Shown: positions 39,995 to 52,100 of the stretch, in pieces
How the letters are laid out: each line of letters begins with the position of its first letter
Numbering within the stretch: position 1 is the stretch's first letter
From: Haliotis cracherodii
Lineage: Eukaryota
Reading direction: 5' to 3'
DNA length: 64,000 bases
Assembly: GCF_022045235.1 (NCBI RefSeq)
Contig: NW_027266343.1
Location: forward strand, 186,001 to 250,000
Translations under genes and position numbers: made by a program
The notes under the pieces: model-generated
The model's database searches: none
Told to the model about the DNA's origin: nothing
What the model saw: only the letters and a program-made list of their open reading frames with translations

Positions 39995-42157
39995 TGTGAA
40001 GCCCATTTCTGGTGTCCCCCGCCGTGATATTGCTGGAATATTGCTAAAAGCGGCGTAAAACTATGGTGGCCGAGAGGGGACATCGCTTTCTCGCTTTATC
40101 GCTTTCTCGCTCTATCGCTTTCTCGCTCTATCGCTTCCTCGCTCTATCGCTTTCTCGCTCTATCGGTTCCTCGCTTTATCGCTTTCTCGCCCTATTGCTT
40201 CTTCTAATGACTAACCATAGTCATATGAAGGAATCGGGTGTTCTTTAACTTCTTTTGAATAGTATGTGCTGTAAATCTTGAAATTAACGTTAATTATAAA
40301 TGCAAAAAAATTAGCGTAGACATAATTACCGTATTCGACGTAATAAGTGCCCAGGGCGCTCTCAAGAATAATATTTTGGCGAAAAAAAAAAGTTGAGTTG
40401 AAAGATAAATTTCGTGGTTTATGCTGACAGCCTGAAATGTTTATGTACGACAGATATATTTTTCCCGAATTTAATTGCCCATAATTAAGTGTGCATATAA
40501 CGCACGAGTGCGTATTATACGCGAATAAATAAGTCTGGTGTAGATTAATCAATCGCAAGGGGTGCTAATTGGGATTGTTCACTAGCCAATATTTTAGCAA
40601 ATATCGCCGTGGCTGTTGATTAGAGCGGGGTGCTTATTACTTTCAAATAAGGTAATTATACTTTGCATTTATGTCTCAGAAATGACTGTTGATAAGACGG
40701 CCTCACTGAACACTTTGAATAGCGGAAATACCAACTTGAATATAAAACCAATCAACTATTTCCACATTACGGTTACTGAGAACAATGTGTCATCCAAAAA
40801 CTAGAAATTACATAAAGGACATCCGGTAGTATTAACCATTGCTTGGGTGAGGACTTCCACTTTGATGACATCTACTCCGCAAACAGATTAAACGTTGATA
40901 TAAGCGTTGTTTTTAGGAAAACACTATTGCTTTTTAGGAAGTACGTACTACTCCGCGCTATTGAGCGGTGTTATTTGCTATTTGTTGTGATAACTTGGCC
41001 TGGGGGCGGGGGATCCAATAGCTACATAGGGTCATAAATCAATCAAATTCTTTTTTACGCAGATTGTTATAAAAGCACATATTTCTGTACTGTTAAATTA
41101 TATTTCAGTAGATAGTGAGAAAATTTCAACATTCCGTCCATATGTATAATTTGAAATGCGACTGGAAAAATCTCAGCTCTCTTTTATGATTAAAACCCAC
41201 AAGAGGGAATATTGCTATACCGCGAGAAAGCGATAGAGCGAGAAAGCGATAAAGCGATAGTGCGAGAAAGCGATATAGCGAGAAAGCGATAGAGCGAGAA
41301 AGCGATATTTCCCATAATGCCGTACATTAAAACGGTTTTTGCTGATATTTAGTGATCCTGTAATTCTCACCGCTATTTTGCCTCTTATGATTATATTTTT
41401 TAAACATCTTGCAGTAGATAAATATGTTACAAAATACACACGTAATTTTTTCTCGTTTAGCTTGCATATTTTCTTGTAGTGTAATAAATAAGCAAGATTC
41501 AAAGAATACAGATAGTCACTGTTCCCACTGTTCATATTTTCATTTTGTTCATAGTATCCCCCCCATTCCTCCATCAAACTTAAAACTGATAAAAAGGAGA
41601 TCATATATGTCAGTTTTATTAGCCAGTTTGTATTGTTGCGTCCAAAGAATTATTTTGTTCGGTAATTAGATTTGGAATTGAAGCCGAATATGTGCTCGTC
41701 CGATTTCGGGATCACAATTACGTTCATTAAGTTGCATGTACATTATGCATACATGTACACAGTTATGTTTCCCTTACAAAATACAGATGAATTAGATATA
41801 TGTCTCTACCTTAAGTCACATATACGACTTTCGAGAGCGTCATTAACCCGTAACCCCATTCCTTGGACAATAGAAATGAAATGCGTTGTAAATATTTTTT
41901 TTAAACAACTCGTTTCTTATAATGACTTTCGATCAAACTGTCTTCGGGAATTAAATTTAATGCTAAAGTGCTTGTAAAATAAAGTTTAACTTTCCCGCAA
42001 GGAGAGACTAGATATCCAATTATAGTATGGGCTCAGGCAGGAATATACATATTCATGTAGCAATTCTCTATCCATTTAAACTGTATGGTTAACAATTGTG
42101 CGTTCTGATATGAGTTATGTTGTTATCTACTACCTTTTTACACAGACAATGAGTCGG

Positions 42158-42160
<3 letters not shown>

Positions 42161-42200
<40 letters not shown>
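42161..42200 (+). repeat. (CA)n microsatellite
   Basis: About 18 CA units seen directly. Confidence 0.95.
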
Positions 42201-42394
42201 TAATTTTGACAAAACTATACTTAAGTTATACATAACATATCACAATGATAGCTGATTTAATATATGTTATAGATAATCATAGTAATGCATTTCATATTGT
42301 TATCAACCTTAACTATGTGGCCGCACTAATTATGTCTCTCCATATGTGTAGTTTACACAAGTACACATAGCAACTGTGGTAACGCCACAGCGAT

Positions 42395-42555
42395 GGGGGC
42401 AGTGGGATAGCCTAGCGGTTACAGCGTTCGATCGTCAAGCCGAAGACCCAGTTCGATTCCCCACATGGGTACAATGTGTGAAGCCCATTTCTGGTGTTAC
42501 CCGTGATACTGGATTATTGTTAAAAGCGACGTGAAACCATTCTCACTCACTCACT
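42395..42555 (+). mobile_element. Full-length tRNA-derived SINE nested in the DNA transposon
   Basis: A box TAGCCTAGCGG, B box CAGTTCGATTCCC and (ACTC)n tail. CACAGCG is duplicated at 42386-42392 and 42556-42562. Confidence 0.87.
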
Positions 42556-43180
42556 CACAGCGGTGTTTATCAAATTACTATATGTAAGTACATATATTTG
42601 TAGATTTGCACAAGACAAGAAACACAATTCAAGTTAAACATACATCAAATGTCAAAAAGAACATTTACGGACAACATTATGACACACTGTAAATCATATA
42701 CTACCGAAAACAAGTTATAGAACACCCACAATTATAAGATTGTATTTTTGCAAAACAATCAGCCATGACAAATTAACCATAGTCTTCTTAACTTCTTTTT
42801 GAAAAGTATATATTTAGATTTTAACCTGATTTATTTAAAGCGTATTGCCATGATCTGCCACGCGCTTTCGGCGTGATGGTCACATACAACTGAATAGGGC
42901 CATAAATAAATCAATTACATTTTACGCAAAAATCGGTGGATTGTTTTAAAAATCACCTACGTCTGTACAGTTAAATTATGTTTTAAGTAAATAGTGAGAA
43001 AAGTTCAACATTACCTCCCAATTGCAGCAGATTTCACATGCAGCCCCTGTAGTGGTCAAGAGGGGATACTGCTTAATCGCGATAAAGCGATAAAGCGATA
43101 GAGCGAGAAAGCGAGAAAGCGATAGAGCGAGAAAGCGATGTCCCCTCTCGGCCACCATATAAAACCATACTCACTCACTC

Positions 43181-46100
43181 TTCAATAGCAATCCCTTCAC
43201 CCCCTTCTACCATACCCATTCCTTCCTGCTTCCATTCCCAACCCTTCCTCCTCCTCGACCATACCCATCCCTTCCTCCCCCTCCTGCTCTACCATACCAA
43301 TCCCTTAATCTTCCTCTTCCATACCCATTCCTTCTTCCTCCTCTACCATACCAATCCCTTCCTGTTCCTCCTCCATAGCAATCCCGTCACCCCTTTCTAC
43401 CATACCCATTCCTTCCTGCTTCCATTCCCAACTCTTCCTCCTCCTCGACCATACCCATCCCTTCCTCCTCCTCGACCATACCCATCCCTTCCTCCTCCTC
43501 CTCCTCCTCCTCCTCTACCATACCAATCCCTTAAACTTACTTTTCCATACCCACCCCTTCACCCTCCTCTACCATACCCATCCCCTCCTCCTCTTCCATA
43601 CCGATTCTTTCCTCCTCCTCTACCATACCCATCCCTTCCTCCTCATCCTCCTCTTCCATACCCACCCCTTCACCCTTCTCTACCATACCCATCCCCTCCA
43701 CCTCTTCCATACCCATTGCTTCCTCTTCTTCTACCATACCCAAGCCTTCTTTCTCCTCCACCATACCCATCCCATTCTCTTCCTGTTACATACTAATCCC
43801 TTCATCCTCCTCTTCAATACCCATCCCTTCCTCCTCTACCATACCAATCCCTTACTCCTCCTCTTCCTTACCCATCCCTTCAACGTCCTCTACAACACCC
43901 ATCACTTCCTCTTCCTTCTGCCATACCAATCCCTTCATCCCCTTCTACCATACCCATTCCTTCCTCATCCATCTCTTCCATATCCATCCCTTCCTCCTCC
44001 TCTTCCATACCCATTCCTTCCTTCTCCTCTACAATACCCATCCCTTCCTCCTCCTCTACCATACCATCCCTACAACCTCCTCTGCTACACCCATCCCTTC
44101 CTCTTCCTCTACTATACCCATCCCTTTGATCCTCCTCTTCCATACCCATCCCTTCCTCCTCCTCCTCCTCCTCCTCTACCATACCAATCCCTAAATCTTA
44201 CTCTTCCATACCCACCCCTTCACCCTTCTCTACCATACCCATCCCCTCCTCCTTCTCTTCCATACCCATTCCTTCCTCTTCTCCTACCCATACCCATCCC
44301 TTCTTCCTCCTCGATCATACCCTTCCCTTCCTCCTCATCCCCCTCTCCCATACCCATCCCTTCACCCTTCTCTACCATACCCATCCCCTCCTCCTTGTCT
44401 TCCATACCAATTCCATCCTCTTCCTCTACCATACCCATCCCTTTCTCCTCCTCCCCCTCTACCATACCCATCCCTTCCTCCTCATCCTCTACCATACCCA
44501 TCCCTTCAACCTCATCTGCCATACCAATCCCTTCTTCTCTTCCATACCCATCCCTACACCCTCCTCTTCCATACCCATCCCTTCCTCTTCCTATTACATA
44601 CCTATCCCTTCATCCTCCTCCACTACCATACCCATCCCTCTCTCCTCCTCCCCTTCTACCATACCCATCCCTTCCTCCAACTCGACCTTACCATTCCCTT
44701 CATCATCATCTTCAATACCAATCCCTTCCTCCTCCTCTACCATACCAATCCCTTCCTGTTCCTCTTCCATAGCAATCCCTTCACCCCCTTCTACCATACC
44801 CATTCCTTCCTGCTTCCATTCCCAACCCTTCCTCCTCCTCGACCATACCCATCCCTTCCTCCTCCTCCTCCTCCTCCTCCTCCTCCTCCTCTACCATACC
44901 AATCCCTTAATCTTACTTTTCCATACCCACCCCTTCACCCTCCTCTACCATACCCATCCCCTCCTCCTCTTCCATACCGATTCTTTCCTCCTCCTCTACC
45001 ATACCCATCCCTTCCTCCTCATCCTCCTCTTCCATACCCACCCCTTCACCCTTCTCTACCATACCCATCCCCTCCACCTCTTCCATACCCATTGCTTCCT
45101 CTTCTTCTACCATACCCAACCCTTTTTTCTCCTCCACCATACCCATCCCATTCTCTTCCTGTTACATACTAATCCCTTCATCCTCCTCTTCAATACCCAT
45201 CCCTTCCTCCTCTACCATACCAATCCCTTACTCCTCCTCTTCCTTACCCATCCCTTCAACGTCCTCTACAACACCCATCACTTCCTCTTCCTTCTGCCAT
45301 ACCAATCCCTTCATCCCCTTCTACCATACCCATTCCTTCCTCATCCATCTCTTCCATATCCATCCCTTCCTCCTCCTCTTCCATACCCATTCCTTCCTTC
45401 TCCTCTACAATACCCATCCCTTCCTCCTCCTTTACCATACCATCCCTACAACCTCCTCTGCTACACCCATCCCTTCCTCTTCCTCTACTATACCCATCCC
45501 TTTCATCCTCCTCTTCCATACCCATCCCTTCCTCCTCCTCCTCCTCCTCCTCTACCATACCAATCCCTAAATCTTACTCTTCCATACCCACCCCTTCACC
45601 CTTCTCTACCATACCCATCCCCTCCTCCTTCTCTTCCATACCCATTCCTTCCTCTTCTCCTACCCATACCCATCCCTTCTTCCTCCTCGATCATACCCTT
45701 CCCTTCCTCCTCATCCCCCTCTCCCATACCCATCCCTTCACCCTTCTCTACCATACCCATCCCCTCCTCCTTGTCTTCCATACCAATTCCTTCCTCTTCC
45801 TCTAACCATACCCCATCCCTTTCTCTCCTCCTCCCCCCTCTACCATACCCATCCCTTCCTCCTCATCCTCTACCATACCCATCCCTTCAACCTCATCTGC
45901 CATACCAATCCCTTCTTCTCTTCCATACCCATCCCCTACACCCTCCTCTTCCATACCCATCCCTTCCTCTTCCTATTACATACCTATCCCTTCATCCTCC
46001 TCCACTACCATACCCATCCCTCTCTCCTCCTCCCCTTCTACCATACCCATCCCTTCCTCCAACTCGACCTTACCATTCCCTTCATCATCATCTTCAATAC

Positions 46101-49100
46101 CAATCCCTTCCTCCTCCTCTACCATACCAATCCCTTCCTGTTCCTCTTCCATAGCAATCCCTTCACCCCCTTCTACCATACCCATTCCTTCCTGCTTCCA
46201 TTCCCAACCCTTCCTCCTCCTCGACCATACCCATCCCTTCCTCCTCCTCCTCCTCCTCCTCCTCCTCCTCCCTCTACCATACCAATCCCTTAATCTTACT
46301 TTTCCATACCCACCCCTTCACCCTCCTCTACCATACCCATCCCCCTCCTCCTCTTCCATACCGATTCTTTCCTCCTCCTCTACCATACCCATCCCTACCC
46401 ACCCCTTCACCCTTCTCTACCATACCCATCCCCTCCACCTCTTCCATACCCATTGCTTCCTCTTCTTCTACCATACCCCAACCCTTCTTCCTCCTCCACC
46501 ATACCATCCCATTATCTTCCTGTTACATACTAATCCCTTCATCCTCCTCTTCAATACCCATCCCTTCCTCCTCTACCATACCAATCCCTTACTCCTCCTC
46601 TTCCTTACCCATCCCCTTCAAATACCCATCCCTTCCTCCTCCTCTACCATACCATCCCTACAACCTCCTCTGCTACACCCATCCCTTCCTCTTCCTCTAC
46701 TATACCCATCCCTTTAATCCTCCTCTTCCATACCTGTCCCTTCCTCCTCCTCCTCCTCCTCCTCCTCCTCTACCATACCAATCCATTAATCTTCCTCTTC
46801 CATACCCACCCCTTCACCCTTCTCTACCATACCCATCCCCTCCTCCTTCTCTTCCATACCCATTCCTTCCTCTTCTTCTACCATACCCACTCTTTCTTCC
46901 TCCTTGACCATATCCATCCCCTTCCTCCTCATCCCCCTCTTACATACCCGGCCCTTCACCCTTCTCTACCATACCCATCCCCTCCTCCTCCTCTTCCATA
47001 CCCATTCCTTCCTCTTCCTCTACCATACCCATCCCTTTCTCTTCCTGTTACATACTAATCCCTTCATCCTCCTCTTCAATACCCATCCCTTCCTCCTCTA
47101 CCATACCAATCCCTTACTCCTCCTCTTCCTTACCCATCAACGTCCTCTACCACACCCATCACTTCCTCTTCCTTCTGCCATACCAATCCCTTCATCCCCT
47201 TCTACCATACCCATTCCTTCCTCGTCCATCTCTTCCATATCCATCCCTTCCTCCTCCTCTTCCATACCCATTCCTTCCTTCTCCTCTACAATACCCATCC
47301 CTTCCTCCTCCTCTACCAAACCATCCCTACAACCTCCTCTGCTACACCCATCCCTTCCTCTTCCTCTACTATACCCATCCCTTTGATCCTCCTCTTCCAT
47401 ACCCATCCCTTCCTCCTCCTCCTCCTCCTCCTCTACCATACCAATCCTTAATCTTACTCTTCCATACCCAGCACCGTCCTCTACTATACCCATCCCCTCC
47501 TCCTCTTCCATACCCATTCTTCCTCCTCCTCTACCATACCCATCCCTTTGATCCTCCTCTTCCATACCCATCCTTCCTCCTCCTCCTCCTCCTCCTCTAC
47601 CATACCAATCCCTTATCTTACTCTTCCATACCCACCCCTTCACCCTTCTCTACCATACCCATCCCCTCCTCCTTGTCTTCCATACCCATTCCTTCCTCTG
47701 CCTCTACCATACCCATCCCTTTCTCCTCCTCCCCCTCTACCATACCCATCCCTTCCTCCTCATCCTCTACCATACCCATCCCTTCAACCTCATCTGCCAT
47801 ACCAATCCCTTCTTCTCTTCCATACCCATCCCTACACCCTCCTCTTCCATACCCATCCCTTCCTCTTCCTATTACATACCTATCCCTTCATCATCCTCCT
47901 CTACCATACCCATCCCTTTCTCCTCCTCCCCTTTGTACCATACCCATCCCTTCCTCCAACTCGACCTTACCATTCCCTTCATCCTCCTCGTCAATACCCA
48001 TCCCTTCCTCCTCTTCTACCATACCCATTCCTTCTTGCTTCCATTCCCAACCCTTCCTCCTCCTTGACCATTCCCATCCCTTCCTCCCCCACCTCCTCTA
48101 CCATACCAATCCCTTAATCTTCTTTTTCCATACCCACCCCTTCACCCTTCTCTACCATACCCATCCCCTCCTCCTTCTCTTCCATACCCATTCCTTCCTC
48201 TTCTTCTACCATACCCACTCTTTCTTCCTCCTTGACCATATCCATCCCTTCCTCCTCATCCCCCTCTTACATACCCACCCCTTCACCCTTCTCTACCATA
48301 CCCATCGGCTCCTCCTCCTCTTACATACCCATTCCTTCCTCATCCTCTACCAATACCGATACCTTTCTCCTCCTCCCCCTCTACCATACCCATTCTTTCC
48401 TCCAACTCGACCATACCATTCCCTTCATCCTCATCTTCAATACCCATCCCTTCCTCCTCCTCTACCATACCAATCCCTTCCTGCTCCTCTTCCATAGCAA
48501 TCCCTTCACCCCCATCTACCATACCCATTCCTTCATGCTTCCATTCCCAACCCTTCCTCCTCCTCGACCATACCCATCCCTTCCTCCCCCTCCTCCTCTA
48601 CCATACCAATCCCTTAATCTTCCTCTTCCATACCCACCCCCTTCACTCTCCTCTACCATACCCATCCCCTCCTCCTCATCCATACCCTTTCCTTCCTCTT
48701 CCTCTTCCATACCCATTCCTACCTCCTCCTCTACCATACCCATCCCTTCCTTCTCATCCTCCTCTTCCATACCCACCCCTTCAACCATCTCTACCATACC
48801 CCATCCCCTCCTCCTTCTCTTCCATACCCATTACTTCCTCTTCTTCTACCATACCCATCCCTTCTTCCTCCTCGATCATACTCATCCCCTTCCTCTTCAT
48901 CCCCCCTCTTCCATACCCATCCCTTCACCCTTCTCTACCATACCCATCCCCTCCTCCTTCTCTTCCATACCCATTCCTTCCTCTTCCTCTACCATACCTA
49001 TCCCTTTCTCCTCCTCCCCCTCTACCATACTTATCCCTTCCTCCTCATACTCTACAATACCCATCCCTTCATCCTCCTCTGCCATACCAATCCCTTCTTC

Positions 49101-52100
49101 TCTTCCATACCCATCCCTACACCCTCCTCTTCCATACCCACCCCTTCCTCTTCCTTGTATATACATGTACCTATCCCTTCATCCTCCTCCTCTACCATAC
49201 CCATCCCTTTCTCCTCCTCCCCTTCTACCACACCCATCCCCTCCTCCTCCTCTTCCATACCCATTCTTTCCTCTTCTTCTACCATACCAACCCCTTCCTC
49301 CTACTCGACCATACCCATCCTTTCCTCCTCATCCCCCTCTTCCATATGCACCCCTTCACCCTTCTCTACCATACTCACCCCCTCCTCCTCTTCCATACCC
49401 ATTCCTTCCTCTTCCTCTACCATACCCATCCCGTCCTCCTCCTCCATCTCTACCATACCCATTCCTTCCTCCTCCCTCTCTACCATACCAATCCCTTCCT
49501 GTTCCTCTTCCATACCAATCCCTTCAGCCCCTTCTACCATACCCATCCCTTCCTGCTCCATCTCCTCTACCATACCCCCTCTCATCATGCTCCTCTACCA
49601 TACGAATCCCTTCATCACCTTCTACCATACCCATTCCTTCCTGCTCCATCTCCTCTACCATACCCCCTCCCATCATGCTCCTCAGCCATACCAATCCCTT
49701 CATCCCCTTCTACCATACCCATTCCTTCCTAGTCCATCTCTACCATATCCATCCCTTTCTCCTGCTCCCCCTCTACCATATCCACCCCTTTCTTTTCCTC
49801 TACCATATCAATCCCTTCATCCCCTTCTACCATACCCATTCCTTCCTCCTTCCATACCCATCCCTTCCTCCTCCTCTACCATATCCATCCCTTCCTGTTC
49901 TTATTCCATAGCAATCCCTTCACCCCCTTCTACCATACCCATTCCTTCCTGCTTCAATACCCATCCCTTCACACTCTTCTACAATACCCATCCATTCCTC
50001 CTCCTCTTCTACCATACCCATCCCTTCCTCCTCTCTCTCTACCATATCCATCCCTACACCCTCCTCTACCATACCCATCCCTTCCTGTTCCTCTTCCATA
50101 GCAATCTTTCACCCCCTTCTACCATACCCATTCCTTCCTGCTTCCATAACCACCCCTTCCTCCTCAAACATACCCATCCCTTCCTCCTCCTCCTCCTCCT
50201 CTACCAACCCTTCTTCCTCCTCCTCCTCTACCATACCAATCCCTTCCTCCTCCTCTACCATACCCATCCTTTCCTCCTCCTCCTCCCCCTCTACCATGCC
50301 CATCCCTTCCTCCTCCTCGACCATACCCATTCCTTCCTGCTTCCATACCCATCCCTTTACCCTCTTCTACCATACCAATCCCTTCCTCTTCCTCCTCCTC
50401 TACCATACCCATACCTTCCTCCACCTCTACCATACCCATCCCTTCAACCTCCTCTACCATACCATCCCTACAACCTCCTCTGCTACACCCATCCCTTCCT
50501 CTTCCTCTACTATACCCATCCCTTTCATTCTCCTCTGCCATACCTATCCCTTCCTCCTCCCTCTCTACCATACCAATCCCTTCCTGTTCCTCTTCCTTGC
50601 CAATCCCTTCAGCCCCTTCTACCATACCCATTCCTTCCTGTTCCATCTCCTCTACCATACCCCCTCCCATCATGCTCCTCTGCCATACCAATCCCTTCAT
50701 CCCCTTCTACCATACCCATTCCTTCCTCCTTCCATACCCATCCCTTCCTCCTCCTCTACCGTATCCATCCCTTCCTCCTCCTCTACCATATCCATCCCTT
50801 CCTCCTCCCTCTCTACCATATCCATCCCTACACCCTCCTCTACCATACCCGTCCCTTCCCTCTCCTCCTCTACCTTCCTCTTCTTATTACATACCAATCC
50901 CTTCATCCTCCTCTTCAATACCCACCCCTTCCTCCTCCTCCTCCTCTTTCATACCCATCCCTTCACACTCTTCTACAATACCCATCCATTCCTCCTCCCT
51001 CTCTACCATATCCATCCCTACACCCTTCTCTGCCATACCCATCCCTTCCTGTTCCTCTTCCATAGCAATCTTTCACCCCCTTCTACCATACCCATTCCTT
51101 CCTAGTCCATCTCTACCATATCCATCCTTTATCCTCCTCTCCCTCTACCATATCCACCCCTTCCTCCTCCTCGACCATACCCATCCCTTCCTCCTGCTCC
51201 TCCTCTACCATACCCATCCCTTCCTCCTCCCTCTCTACCACACCCATCCCTACACCCTCCTCTACCATACCCATCCCTTCCTCCTCCCTCTCTACCATAT
51301 CCATCCCTTCCTCCTCCTGTACCATACCCATCCCTTCCCTCTCCTCCTCTACCATACCATCCCTTCCTGTTCCTCTTCCGTAGCAATCCCTTCACCCCCT
51401 TCTACCATACCCATTCCTTCCTGCTTCCATACCCATCCCTTCACCCTCTTCTACCATACCAATCCCTTCCTCTTCCTCCTCCTCTACCATACCCATCCCT
51501 TCCTCCTCCTCTTCCATACCCACCCCTTCAACTTTCTCTACCATACCCATCAGCTCCTCCTCCTCTTCCATACCCATTCCTTCCTCCTGGTCTACCATAA
51601 CCATCCCTTTCTCCTCCTCCCCCTCTACCATACCCATCCCTTCCTCCAACTCGACCATACCCATCCCTTCCTTCCTCCTCTACCATACCCATCCCTTTCT
51701 CCTCCTCCCCCTCTACCATACCCATCCAATCCTCCTCCTCCATACCCATCCCTTCAACCTCCTCTACCATACCATCACTACAACCTCCTCTGCTACACAC
51801 ATACCTTCCTCTTCCTATTACATACCCATCCCTTCACCCTTCTCTACCATACCCATCCCTTCCTCCTCTTCCATACCCATTCCTTCCTCTTCCTCTACCA
51901 TACCCATCCCTTCCTCCTCCTCCCTCTCCACCATATCCATCCCTTCCTGTTCCTCTTCCATGCCAATCCCTTCAGCCCCTTCTACCATACCCATTCATTC
52001 CGGCTCCATCTCCTCTACCATACCCCCTCCCATCATGCTCCTCAGCCATACCAATCCCTTCATCCCCTTCTATCATACCAATTCCTTCCTAGTCCATCTC

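Larger units (their letters stand above)
40062..43159. mobile_element. Non-autonomous TIR DNA transposon, IS3EU-type (TAT...ATA ends, 6-bp TSD), 3098 bp
   Basis: ~50-bp TIR TATGGTGGCCGAGAGGGGACATCGCTTTCTCGCTYTATCGCTTTCTCGCT at both ends. TSD TAAAAC at 40056-40061 and 43160-43165. Subterminal (ATCGCTTTCTCGCTCT)n arrays. No transposase ORF. Confidence 0.85.
39995..43180 (+). mobile_element. 5'-truncated (ACTC)n-tailed SINE split by a DNA transposon (39995-40061 and 43160-43180)
   Basis: TGTGAAGCCCATTTCTGGTGTCCCCCGCCGTGATATTGCTGGAATATTGCTAAAAGCGGCGTAAAAC | CATACTCACTCACTC matches the 3' half of the SINE at 42395-42555. Flanked by CTCTTC(C/A)ATAGCA at 39982-39994 and 43178-43190. Confidence 0.85.

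Noticed and set aside
42395-42470. tRNA-like sequences (also ~1275-1345, 55146-55250, 60003-60075) as real tRNA genes
   Set aside because: Cloverleaf pairing is degenerate, and each continues into a SINE body with a simple-repeat tail, some with TSDs.
40063-43158. Small ORFs inside the TIR element as transposase exons
   Set aside because: They are either translations of the TIR/16-bp repeats or AT-rich chance ORFs, with no DDE or HTH motifs.
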